The notes below the pieces were generated by a model. It saw only the letters and a program-made list of their open reading frames with translations. It was not told the DNA's origin and ran no database searches. DNA of 64,000 bases from the human T2T-CHM13v2.0 reference genome, Homo sapiens: assembly GCF_009914755.1 (NCBI RefSeq), contig NC_060941.1. The stretch is one strand, 5' to 3'. Of the stretch, positions 30,848-47,407 are shown piece after piece. Within the stretch, counting starts at the first letter, position 1. The number at the start of each line of letters is the position of its first letter. Position numbers and translations under genes: made by a program.

Positions 30848-32837
30848 TCTCAGGTGAAGTCTTTCATGAACCCTGGAATGGAATAAATAGTGTCCCTCTC
30901 ATTTGTGGAATTATGTAACAGCTCCTAGCCTCCTGCTGTCAGTGATGAAATCTCTATGCTGTCTATTAATGTAAAAGTCACCACGGCTCCTGCTTTTTCT
31001 TACAACATCTGTAAATTTAGAGATAAGGAGATGAGTCATCCCTGTAACTAAGTTTTGTAAGGAAAACACTTGGATATGTCCCCATTTCTTGTATCTCCAG
31101 TTGTTTAAGGGGTCCTCTCACATGTCAGCATGTGCCCACAGGAAATGAGGCAGTTAGGCCTGCAAGCTTCAGTGCGCTCTGCCCGTTTTTGTTCTCCATC
31201 TCCTCTGTGTTTTATTTCGTTCAGGGTCTTTGTTGCCCAGAGGGCCAGCTCTGGGCATTGGCCATAAACAAGTGCTTGTGTTGTTTTATCCTACTGGTGA
31301 AGAGAGATGTAGGGAGGAGATGGGGTGGGATGGGGAGGGGATGATGTGACATCAAACAGGAGGTGTAGTGGTCAGTGTTCTGAGGGGAGAAGACACCTTC
31401 TTCCTAAGGGTTCCTTAACTCCCCCGTCCTGGAACAATTCTTGGTCCTCTGTAAGACCAGAAGAGTTGGTTGTCACTGAACCCAGATAAGCTGTGGAACT
31501 AACTCACTGCTGATGCTGGCTGCTCTGAGTTCCCCTGCAGGCCCCAGCTCAAGACAACGTGGGCAGAGCTCTGCCCTGGCTGCCTTGGGAAACCAAGACA
31601 CGGGGCAGGTCATTCATACGTGTGCTTCAGCCCACGCGCATTTACAAGACAAAGCCTCTCCTTAGCTCTCTATTGCCCCATTCATTTTGAGTTCTTTTCC
31701 CCTTCAGGAGTTCCAAGGATGTTCGCTTTAGCTTGAATTATTCTGCCTAAAATATTTGTAACAAGCAGACGAACCTCCTAGGTGGCTCAGATGTCACACC
31801 CTCTCAAGGGTAGTGCTGAACACGGGAACGTGGTTCAGAGAGGTACATGTCCCCTTAAGGGATCTCAGGATAGGCATGTCTGTTTCCCCATTTATGAGGA
31901 CCGAGAGTGACACAGAACTGAAGTGGTTGTTGTGTGATCAAAATACAGGATGCTGTAGGTCACGCCCGACAGAAGGGTCGGCCGCTGAGGGTGCCTCTGC
32001 CTGCTGGTTCCTGCTGAAGATTGTTGCGGTTGCTTTCGAAGGAGAGAGGCTTGTTTCACACCCTGAAATCCTAGTCATTGCTTCCGCATCTTTGCTGCCT
32101 TCTGTTTCCTTTGACAATTGTCAGAGGGGAAGCTGTTGAAAGATACTGGTGACATCTGCCCCATGCAGGTCATGAGTGAGGCTGCTGGGTGGAGACGAGG
32201 CATGTGGGATGCTGCACTGAGCTCTCTAGGGCATAGGAGAGCAGGCCAGCCATCCCAGGGAGCAGTGCCTGTGCCTCCTCCAGTGCAGCCACAGAGGAAG
32301 AGGTGAGAATTGGAGATAACTCAGTTTAGAATGCATGCATTGGTCTTCATTATCAAGACTGCAGTAGAGCCTATTCCTCAGCTTTCTGCCACTGCTTCCC
32401 AGGAGTCTGGCCCACAGAACTGTCCCACGACCAGCAGAAGAGAACGTCTCCTTTCTCTTCCTTCCCCACAACCCCTCCTGACCCAACCTGTGGCTCAGCC
32501 CAGATTTGCTCCCTGCCTCTATGTCTGTTCATTGTGATTGGCCATCACTGATTACCTTTACAGAAGGTGAAGAGGACTGAATGCTCGCCAGGAGTGCCAC
32601 AGTCCTGAGAAGGCAGAGAAGTCCTACGTTACCCTGCAGGATTCCCTGAGCCCCCACTAAACACACAGGGCTTGCTTTGGAACTGAAAAAATTGCAACAA
32701 AGCAAGACAACTGCAATTACCCATTTCTGCTCCCAACTGCCAATAGTTTCTCTCTTCATTCATTTCTTTGTAAAGTTCTTAAAGGTTCCTAAGTTTCTTT
32801 TGGGAGCATGCTTATTTCATTATACCTCTCTCTACAG

Positions 32838-33065
32838 CAGTGGTTGTCAACTAGCGGTGATCCTGCCCCCCAGAGGACAGTAGGCAGTGTCTAGAGACAT
32901 TTTTGATTGTCAGGACAGTACTGGTTGGAGAGAGGTTGTTACCGGCACCTAGTGGGCAAAGGCCGGGGATGCCACTAAACATCCCACAATGCACAGGACA
33001 GGTCCCCATCATGAAAAAAGACCTGGCCCCCAAATTTCCATAGTGCCCAAGCTGAGAAACCCTGA
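32838..33065 (+). mobile_element. MER20 (hAT-Charlie)
   Basis: CAGTGGTTGTCAAC...CCCCCCAGAGGACA...TGTCTAGAGACATTTTTG...GCTGAGAAACCCTG with terminal inverted repeats. Confidence 0.85.
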
Positions 33066-33179
33066 TCCACAAGAGACCTTTGACTTTTACATCCCAAGAC
33101 CTTCAAGCATCCCTGAATTTACAAATGCCTCTTATACTGTTTAGTTTCCCCATAAAACTTTTGCCTAAGAACCATTACT

Positions 33180-35903
<2,724 letters not shown>

Positions 35904-36669
35904 TCTTCATGCTTTAAAAAAAAAAAAACAAAATTGATGGAGTCTGGGAGAATGGGCACCAATTTTTGTGTTTCTATCACAAATTCAGCATGTGGCTATC
36001 TCAGAAAAGCTTTAAAATAGAGAAAAGTGCATCTTTCTAAGAACAGGAGTGAAAATGAGAAATGGGTAAGCATTCCCAGAGATGAGGTGTTTGTCTTTTT
36101 TAATGATCAGAAACAGGTGGTAAAGCATACGGTATGTCACCCAATTTAGCAGAGTACAGGAAGACCAGTTAGGAGTCTACTGCACCAGTCCAGGCCGGAA
36201 AGACTCATTTGAATTGTAAATAAGGATAGGAGCCAGAGTTAGCCACTAAAGAAGCTCCAGAAATAAAATCACTAGAACTGTGATCTGGAGGGGAAGGAAG
36301 GAGGATGGGGCCACTGATGGGATGGATGTCTAGGTGTAGGTGACTAGCAGGCAGCTGGACTTGAGGTCTGCAGAAAGGTTGATACTAAGAGAAATACACC
36401 AGGAAAGGAGGCGTGTGCTTGGTGGAGCCTGCCGATTGCACCAAGAAAGGAAGCAGATGATGCCAAAATAGGGGTGGGCTTCTGGGAGGGAGGATTGGCA
36501 GGGGAGGAGGCTGGGGGACTGGAGAGCATCACAGAAGGGGAGGAACTCAGGTCAGACAGGAAATTCACGGTTGAGATCTTAGAAAGGGAATCATTGTAAA
36601 CTGTGGGTTGTTTAAAACCTGAAGTCAGTGACCTGAGAAATCACCCTGAAGTTGGGTGGGCAAGCGGGG

Positions 36670-36835
36670 AGGGAAGAATGGGGAGTGGCCGCTAATGGAA
36701 ATGGGCTTTTTGGGGGGTGATAAAATGGAATTAGCTGGTGGCACTGGTCACACAACCTTGTGAATATTACTAAAACCCACTGATGTGTGTACTTTAAATG
36801 GGTGGATTTTATGGTATGTGAATTATGCCTCAACT
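36670..36835 (+). mobile_element. Old L1M 3'-end fragment
   Basis: GGGGAGTGGCCGCTAATGG...ACAACCTTGTGAATA...TACTTTAAATGGGTG...GTATGTGAATTATGCCTCAA. Confidence 0.75.
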
Positions 36836-37359
36836 TTTTTTTTAAAAAACCCTGAAGTTGGTATGGGGAGAGGGGTGGAGAAAGAGAAGCATGAATATCC
36901 GTGTCCCAAAGGACAATGGCGAGGACCTTGAGTCACATGCTCAGTGGTCTTGGAAAAGTGGGTGTTTCTTTGAGGTCAGCATTATGCGCTCACCTTTGTG
37001 CCAGGTACCCCGCCTATGATGCTCTGTCCCGGGGAAGCCTACAGCCTGGTTGAGTAGAGCGCTAGCATCTGCGATGCAGCTTTAGGAGGGGACGGCAATG
37101 ATGACAGCAGGAGCAGAGACTGAAACTGAACCCCAGGGCTTGAGTCATCCATGTGTTCATGTTTGGTTAACAGGCTCTGTGGTTGCAAGCCTGGCTCCTT
37201 AGGCCCCAGGTGTAATTCTCCTGTCCTGCCTCCTTCCCTGTCTACAGTGTGGCCTTCTGGCCTCCACAGTGGTGCCATCACCAGGGTCGTTCCTTGGGAG
37301 CTGTTAAGGGGAGAAGTTGATTAAGTTCCGGGCTTGAATGTTGCCTCTGTCGGTTCCAG

Positions 37360-37481
37360 GTTGGGCTGGTGTACATGTTTAACCTCATCGTGGGCACGGG
37401 CGCACTCACCATGCCCAAGGCATTCGCCACTGCCGGGTGGCTTGTCAGCCTCGTCCTGCTGGTGTTCCTGGGCTTCATGAG
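37360..37481 (+). CDS. TMEM104: TMEM104 coding exon 2 (TM1-TM2)
   Basis: TTCCAG|GTTGGG; VGLVYMFNLIVGTGALTMPKAFATAGWLVSLVLLVFLGFM(S); the NxIxGxGxLxxP motif is the SLC38/AAAP TM1 signature; GAG|GTGAGA. Confidence 0.97.
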
Positions 37482-39175
37482 GTGAGAGGCAGCGGGGACT
37501 TCCCCACAGGGGCCAGGAGTGGAGCAGGAGGGAGTCAGCCCAGGAAGCCCAAACATGAGGGCACTGAGGGGGTGGGAAGACACCTGTCTACCCCGTATCG
37601 AGCTCAGTGAGTCCTTGCCAGGGTATTCAGAGAGGGGAAAGTGGTCACAGAGGCCTCCTGGTGGCTTGTCTTTGTGGAGCGGTTGCACAGCCCTGATCAG
37701 ATAAAAACCTGGACATCCACTAGGCTTTGGAATGTTTCACGTGATGCTGGCCTATTTCTTCCCTGGCAGGTTTACCTCCCTGCTATTAAATGTATGCTTT
37801 ATTAACATTACCATCAAGTTTTGCTGTCTGAGAAAATACCACCCAGCCACAGAAAAAAGATCTAACAAACATTTAAGGTGACATGGGAAATCAGTTTGGA
37901 ATTTAGAATTTACTTAAGGTAATTCACGAAGTAGGTGATAAACACACGCCTGGGTGCACGATCAAGTGTGGCACTCGCCTGCTGTGTACCTCCCCAGGTC
38001 TTCAGGGACGCCTACTCCTTGAGCCAGGTGTGTGGGCCTCACCAGCCGGTGCTTCAGGGAGGGTGGGTTCCACCTGAGGCTCTTCTCGGGGATTCCCACA
38101 CACGTAGGGACTAGTCTGAAGTTGTCAGCAAGTGCCCCAGGCCAGGAAGGGGTTTAGGACTAGGCATTTCCATTCTCTCAACCGGGTAGGAATCCACAAG
38201 CTGCAAAAAAGAGATGGGAAGGAGCACCTGGAAACACCTCCCCTGAGAGGTGACCCTGCCCCATCTGTGCACCAAGCACCCTTCTGGGTACTGAGGGGGC
38301 CTCACCACAAAGATCCCTGCCTGTGCAGACTTGACTTTATGTTGTGGGGAGAAGTGACAGCGAGCAGTGAAGATAATAAATGGGTAAATGGAAGAGTGAG
38401 CCGGAAGGCAGTGAGTGCTGTGGAAAGAGGAAGGCGTAACAGGGCGAGGGGACTAGGATGCCGGGTGAAGCAGGGTCAGGGAGGGCTGCATCTAAGCAAG
38501 GATCTGAAGGGGGAGGGAGTGGGTGCGGGCGGAAGGATGAGACGGAGCTTAGTAGTTGGAGCAAACTAAGACGTACAGGAAGCTGAATGGGATAGGAAAA
38601 CGCCCATGGTTTTCAGTTTCTTCATGCATTTCTTTTGGGGAGTTTTGAGGGTGAATCTTGGGGCACTATTGGTTCATTATCTACAGTGAGCCCTGGCAGC
38701 CAAGAGCTCTAGAAGTCCTTGTCCTTACATGACTCCGCTGTCCCCTTTAAAGGACCTTCAGCACAGGCAGCCATCTAATGGGAAGTGATCATTCTGGGCT
38801 CCCAGGCAGGGGGTACCACACCCCGCTCCTTGCTCAACCCATTTGTGTTTGAACGTGATCGATGAGTTGGCCTTGCGCAACCATGAAAAGTCTCTTTATG
38901 CCTTAATTAAGATTGATTTTAATTTCACGTCCAAAAAGAAGGGTAAATCCAAAGCCCTTAAAATGGTCACTTAGGCAAGATAATGAGAAACCTTTCTAGG
39001 AGGTGCTGAGGCGATTGGAATGGGGGTTTCAGAGCTGGCTGCTCCCCCAGAGTGGGAGTGAGTGTGGGTTTAACTGGTGTGGGGCCAAGTGACCCCTCTG
39101 CCTCCTGCCACCTGACGTCAGGGCGAGCAGTCAGCCCCCCAACCCTTGTCAACACTCAGGGAGAGGCAGGGGTGA

Positions 39176-39868
<693 letters not shown>

Positions 39869-40563
39869 TCAAGTTTCTTTAAGAGGAAAAGAAAAGATGA
39901 TTTTTCCAATCTAGTCTGACTTCTTGGCAAGCGTCTAATGCCACCTCCCAATCTCCCTTTTGAATTGGTCCGTAGAAGTGCAAACTTATTTTAATATTAG
40001 CCAGATTATTTGGAAAGTAAAAAGTACTGCCAAAGAAAAAAGGGATGGATTCCGGAGCCAAGTACCCATTTCCAATTATCCATGCCTGCGCTCCTTCCGT
40101 GAGTGTATGTAATTGGGAGGTGACCACTCGCCTGTGTCCTTGCAAGGTTGACGTGAAAGCTGCCTGCTGTCCTTCCAGAGGCTGGGGGGCCCTTTGTGAA
40201 CCAGCCTCCCCTCACTGAGAGCGTCCTCTGATGTCTGCCCCCAACAGCCCCTCCTGGGTGTGAGCGCGGCTTGTCCCAGTATCACGTCTGCCCCCAGCTC
40301 CCTCTCTCCTTTGGTTATTTTCCCTCCCATCACTTAGTTCACACCTCTCTCTCTCGTGCACCGGAAATACGTTCTCACTATAGACAGCAACGTCAAAGCA
40401 TGCACACCTTTTTACCAAGTAAAGCCCATCTCTAGGGAACAGCTCTCAGAAAAGAGAATGGTCTGGGCTGGTGGGTCTGGTCGGTTCTTACAATGGTGTT
40501 TTCCTTCTCTCTCTGTCTCCTCCAACCTGTCCGCCTTTGGCGCTGGGCACTCGGCCCCCTCAG

Positions 40564-40645
40564 CTTCATGACCACCACCTTTGTGATAGAGGCCATGGCT
40601 GCAGCCAACGCGCAGCTCCACTGGAAGAGGATGGAGAACCTCAAG
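40564..40645 (+). CDS. TMEM104: TMEM104 coding exon 3
   Basis: CCCTCAG|CTTC; FMTTTFVIEAMAAANAQLHWKRMENLK; AAG|GTGTGT; 82 nt. Confidence 0.96.
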
Positions 40646-41022
40646 GTGTGTGTGTTGCCCTCGTCTCCGGGCCATGCCTCTGTTCCGTCAGGTACCCAGC
40701 AGGCGGTCTCAGCAGCCCATTCTTTTCCTCTCAGTGCATGGCGGGCTCTGTCCACGGCACTGCTCCTGGACCCCAGTCCCAGAGCTGAAGCTTAATAGCC
40801 ACCTAAATCTTAAAGCACAAATGGAGCCTCTGCCACTTTCCCGTCTCAGCCTCAGGCCCTCCTACCCACACCCGCACCCAGCTCAGCTGTTTGAAATCTT
40901 TGTACCCAGGAACTGTGTTGTCACTTCTTCCCGAGTGCGTCTCTGCCACCTCTAATGGGGCAGCATAGCTGTGCTGAGAGCTTCCTAAAGATACAGATAC
41001 CCTGCAGAAGGAAAGAACACAG

Positions 41023-41910
<888 letters not shown>

Positions 41911-41973
41911 GATGTGCTCCTTTCTTTTCCCTTGTTTTCCTCCCTCCTCCTCGTCCATCCTACTGGCTCCCAG

Positions 41974-42070
41974 GAGGAGGAAGATGACGACTCCTCCACA
42001 GCCTCAGACAGCGATGTTCTCATCCGGGACAACTACGAGCGGGCAGAGAAGCGGCCCATCCTGTCTGTGC
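41974..42070 (+). CDS. TMEM104: TMEM104 coding exon 4 (acidic loop)
   Basis: CTCCCAG|GAGGAG; EEEDDDSSTASDSDVLIRDNYERAEKRPILSV; TGC|GTAAGT; 97 nt. Confidence 0.96.
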
Positions 42071-42730
42071 GTAAGTCTTGGGGTTCTCGCGGGCCCGCAC
42101 TTCCCTCCGGGCCACAGGGTTCCCTTTCTTCATGGAGAGGGCCCTGGAGAGGCTCCCCGCAGATTCTGGCATTTCCTGCCCCTGGGTTCTGAGGCAGGCC
42201 CTGTGGTAGACTCAAAAGAGCACAGGGTTTCAGTCCTGGGCACAGGCCTGGCCCCTGCTGGCTTGGCCACTACTCAGATTTGCAGCTTGGTAAGTTCCTT
42301 GACCTGTGCACCTCAGTTTCCCCCCATACCCCTTCCTGTTACTGAGATGATTAAATGCCTGGTTCCTTGCCTGGTGCACCCTGGAAGCTCAAGTAGATGT
42401 CGTTCTGTGGCATCTCTTCTTCCTCCTGCCTTGTGCCCTCATGTTCATACATGCCCCTGCCTTGCTGTCTCCTCCCTGGTCGGCTGGGTTAGGCTCTGAC
42501 GCCTGCTCTCCCTTTCACCCCAGCAGGAGCATCTCTGAATTCCCTTTAAAAAAAAAAAAAAAAAAAAGACTGTGTTAAACCATGTCAAGCAGGAAACATT
42601 AGGAAAAGTTTTCTCGAGTTTGGACACTTGGGGATTTCATGGTTTAGATAATTCAGTGAGGTCCTCACCACCCTCTGAAGCTCTCCACGTGAAGAACCAC
42701 TTCCTCTTCCTTGTTCTTTTGGCTCTGCAG

Positions 42731-42811
42731 AGAGACGTGGATCTCCCAACCCGTTTGAAATCACAGACCGGGTGGAAATGGGACAAATGGCCTCCATGTT
42801 CTTCAATAAAG
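42731..42811 (+). CDS. TMEM104: TMEM104 coding exon 5
   Basis: CTCTGCAG|AGAGA; (Q)RRGSPNPFEITDRVEMGQMASMFFNK; AAG|GTAGAA; 81 nt. Confidence 0.96.
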
Positions 42812-43036
42812 GTAGAAGTTCTTTTGGGGGTGGGGTGTGGGGAAACGGGGAGCTGGTGCTTCCCTGCAGGCCTGCACCCTTGTAATGAGGGCTCCACCCT
42901 GACAGCCAGACCATGGGGCAGAGCAGGTGGTAGAGCTGCTCCCTCAGCACCTGAGAAGCCACCTTGCTGACCTGTTTTCCTGGATTCCTCCCTGTCTGCG
43001 GGCATTAAAAACAAAGAGGCCGCTTCTCTAGCGGAA

Positions 43037-43250
43037 GTCAGGAACCCCAGGCAGCTACTCCAGCCAGGGTCAGGAACCCCAGGCAGCTACTCCAGTGAGG
43101 GTCAGGAACCCCAGGCAGCTACTCCAGCGGAGGTCAGGAACCCCAGGCAGCTACTCCAGTGAGGGTCAGGAACCCCAGGCAGCTACTCCAGTGAGGGTCA
43201 GGAACCCCAGGCAGCTACTCCAGTGGAGGTCAGGAACCTGAGGCAGCTAC
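43037..43250. repeat. 32-bp minisatellite, ~6.7 copies
   Basis: GTCAGGAACCCCAGGCAGCTACTCCAG + 5 variable nt; units start at 43037, 43069, 43101, 43133, 43165, 43197, 43229. Confidence 0.97.
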
Positions 43251-43423
43251 AAAATAAGCTTTTTCCTTTTCCTGCAAAGGAAGTTGATGGAGGCCGGTTG
43301 ATGGTTTTGCACCTCCTGCTTGATTGCCTCTGACCTTGCCCTCTTCTGGCCGATTCTGTCTAGAATAACACCTTCTGACAGCGCTAGAATCTGCTATGCG
43401 CACGCCTGGGCGTGGCTTCCCAG

Positions 43424-43442
43424 TGGCCGGCAGAGGGCGCTA
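43424..43442 (+). promoter_or_regulatory. Strong CTCF motif
   Basis: TGGCCGGCAGAGGGCGCTA versus consensus TGGCCACCAGGGGGCGCTA; differences fall at degenerate positions. Confidence 0.7.
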
Positions 43443-43638
43443 GGAGCCCACACCCAGGCTTGCTGAGTGAGACCGGAGCCCTGAAGTGTGCTGGTGAACC
43501 TGCTCCTTCCTGGGATCTGGCTGCAACCATAAGGGAGCCACCCAACTCTGGGGTTGAGTTGTTGGGTGTGCCAGCGACATCTTATATCTCCATGGCAAAT
43601 CTGGTTCTTTTGGAAGATGAGCTATTTAAGAGTTTAGT

Positions 43639-44254
<616 letters not shown>

Positions 44255-44949
44255 TTAGTTTTTAATGCCCAGACCTGTTTATTTCCATTTCATTGAGAGT
44301 CAGTCACATTCTCAGTTCATCCTTCCCCTTGCAACTGTCTTCGAAGATTTTCTGCCCCTTTGTCAAAGCCCCGTTTGTCGAGTGGGCTGCCCTACCAGTT
44401 CTTTCTAGTCTTAAATGTGGCTGCACTTAACTTAGAGCCGGGGGGACTGTAGGAACTAGAATCTCTTTGACTGCTTTTTAGGACGTTAAGCATTTAGGCA
44501 GGGCGATGTGATTATCAGCCAAAGGCCGCCCTAGGGCCTGGTTCACCCTCCCTGCTGGACCGGCCTCACAGAGGGATTTCAGAATTCAGCAAAACCAACT
44601 GGTCAGGTTCAGCCCGCATCTGTGCTTCTCCTTTGTTCCATTTCCATCCCTCCCGTCTCACCAGCCTGAGCAAGCATAAGCGTTTCCTCCTGGCAGCAAC
44701 GCAAAGTCCCCTTCCAAATGCAAGCTTTAAAATAAAGTGCACATTGGAAGGAAGACGCATGCTTTTAAACCTCCTTTCTCATTTTCATGTTGTGCAGTCT
44801 GCCCTGATTTCTTTAAGAATTCTAGCAAACAGCAGTTTTGCCTTTTTTGCCCCCCACTACAGACTAGACTCTTAATTTGCCCAAATCTAATGGAAAATAA
44901 AGACATTGTCTGAGACCAGCCTCACACTTAAAGGGAGTCTCCTCTACCC

Positions 44950-45168
44950 TGGAGTTTCTCAAGCTCAGTCCTGTTGATGTTTGGGCTGGGGAATTCCTCC
45001 TTGTGGGCCTGTTCTGTGTGTGGTAGGGTGCTGAGCAGCATCCCTAGCCTCTGCCTGCTGGTTGCCAGTAGCACCTCCTACTTATGACAGTCAAAACTGT
45101 CCTCAGACATTGTCACATGTTCCCAGCAGGGTCTGGGAGGCAAAATCACCCCAGCTGAAAACCTCCGC
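44950..45168 (-). mobile_element. MER20 (opposite orientation to the 32838 copy)
   Basis: GTTTCTCAAGCTCAG...GCAGCATCCCTAGCCTCT...CAGACATTGTCA...CAAAATCACCCCAGCTGAAAACC. Confidence 0.8.
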
Positions 45169-46786
45169 TGTGCTCCATTCCTGATTCACAGACTGCCAGA
45201 TTGTCATCTTCACCCTTGGTGGGGCTGCCTCCTCTATAGGAGGCTCCCTTAGGGTCCCAGCTCATTTCTTATAATCAGAAATGCGGGCCTAGCCATTGAT
45301 GTCTTCTCAGGAAGTTCATTGATCCCTTATTTTGTGTCTAGTAATGAAGTTTATTGACCAGGGAGGGCCAATGGCAGTTTATAAACAGAGCTGATGCCAG
45401 AGACCATTGGCAGGTGGAGGAAAGGCTGGGAGTGGGGCGGGGGACAATGCGTCCCCTCAGAGCAGAAAACAAGCTGGAGTGCAGGCTGTACCTGGAGCCT
45501 GGGCCTGAGTGACAGGCCAACCCCAGAGGCCACTAAGCTTGGACGTCAGGCTATCTCTGACATGTCAGGGAAGGACATGCCATATTCAAAAAGTGAGTGC
45601 CGAGGCCTCTTGGGTCCCCTTGAGGATCACGTTTTCTTAGTCTTTTCCCCCCCAGGCTCCTAGGAACAGAGCTGACCTCACATGGCCCAGGAATAACATG
45701 TCCTAGGCTTTCCGTTGGGTACCCTGCAGGCTCTTCTGAGCCACCAGGATTAAAAGGGAACTGTCACTTCATTTTTCTTTATGTTCTCAGAGAAGCCAGC
45801 AGCTTGAGACCAGTGACATCAAAAACGTGAGCCTCAGTCTGAGCAAGGGTGGAGACTGGTTGTCTGAGCAGTAACCCTTAGGTCATAGGGCCCTGCCACT
45901 CTTTTCAGAGCCCTTGCACCTGGCCTTTCTAGCTGGAATCATTTATGGAAGATGGCCCAGGTGGAATTCTTCTCACCCTTACGGGTTTGGAGACGTTCAT
46001 GGACTTACCGGGGTCCTGAAACAAGTCTGATGGAATTAGGACTAGAGCCCTGTGTTCCCAACTTCTCGTTCAGCCTCCTGCTGGAGTGAGAGGGGACAAA
46101 CGTCACCTCTGCAGCAGAAGTGTCAGTATCACACACCATCCAGAGTCAGCATTGTCCCTTGGGAGTGCTTCCCGTAAGAAGGAAAGGGGGCCTGTCTTGA
46201 GCACCATCTCCCCAGCACACCAGGCCACCGTGTGCTTGGGATCAGTCAGATTCAGAATGAGACAGTTGGCCTTTGGAAATCCAGGGCTTTTTACCCTTTG
46301 GATCCCAGCTTCAGAGAGCTGGGCTATTTTCCATCAACTTCTCTTTGCTTCAACTCTTTAGTAGCAATCTCTTGTCTTAGAGCCCGGTGTTGGCTGACAC
46401 CAGAGGGGGCCCCAGCCCAGACGCACCTGGGGTTCAGGCTCCTGACTCGGGACATCTCTCCTCCCTCCTCCCACCCCAGCCATGCCAAGACTCACACTCA
46501 CCGTGCACCTGTCTGGCTTCAAAATCTCTCTGATCCTCCCAGCCTCGTTGAGTCCTCTCAGGTGAAAGTCATGAGCCGATCTGTCTCTTGTCAGCATCAC
46601 AGTGTAGCCAGCCAGAAAAAGAAATAGGACTTTGGGGTCATTTTCCCACTTTTTGTAGAAAGTAAACAGCTCAGAGAACTGAAAGCTATGGGAGAGGTAG
46701 AGATTTAGTCAAAAAGAAGAAGAAAAAAAAAAAAACATGCAGACATCTCTTTGTGGCTCCCTGACTGATGGCTGTGTTCCTTTCAG

Positions 46787-46886
46787 TGGGGGTCAACTTG
46801 TTCTATTTCTGCATCATCGTTTACCTGTATGGAGACCTCGCCATCTATGCTGCTGCCGTGCCCTTCTCCCTCATGCAGGTGACCTG
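46787..46886 (+). CDS. TMEM104: TMEM104 coding exon 6 (TM3)
   Basis: CTTTCAG|TGGGG; (V)GVNLFYFCIIVYLYGDLAIYAAAVPFSLMQVT; CTG|GTGAGT; 100 nt. Confidence 0.96.
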
Positions 46887-47298
46887 GTGAGTACCCTCCT
46901 GACCCCCAGGTTGGCGGTAGCCAAAGGGGCTTCCTCAGCAAGTCAGGGCAGAGTGTCCAGGGGAGAAGCACCATGCCAAGTGAGTTCATTGCATCTAGGG
47001 AATGCAGATGCCCAGGCCCTTTTCTGCACAGACCACAGCCAGCCATGCTGTCTGTCCTTAGCTCATGTCACTGTCCCCTTCCCTGCCCCACTAGGTTCCC
47101 ACCAAGGGCTCCTGAGTCATTGGGAAATGGTGCTGCAGGAACAAGGAGGGTGCATCCTCAGAGATGCATCCCGCAAAGTGGTTTGTGAAAAGTCTGATTG
47201 TTGGCGCTCAGGCAGCTGTGCAGGGAGTGGCTTCTGTCTCCCCCAGCCCAGCCGGGCGGCCTCGCTGAGCCTGGGCCTGCTGTCATTCTCTTTATCAG

Positions 47299-47407
47299 CA
47301 GCGCCACTGGCAATGACTCCTGCGGTGTGGAAGCAGACACCAAATACAATGACACTGACCGGTGCTGGGGGCCCCTGCGCCGAGTGGACGCCTACCGCAT
47401 CTACTTG
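47299..47407 (+). CDS. TMEM104: TMEM104 coding exon 7 (last in window; gene continues beyond 64000)
   Basis: TTTATCAG|CAGCG; (C)SATGNDSCGVEADTKYNDTDRCWGPLRRVDAYRIYL; TTG|GTGAGT; cumulative 636 nt = 212 codons with no stop. Confidence 0.96.

Noticed and set aside
43037-43250. CRISPR-like look (constant repeat plus variable bases)
   Set aside because: Variable parts are only 5 nt and related to each other, there are no cas genes, and the DNA is human: a minisatellite.
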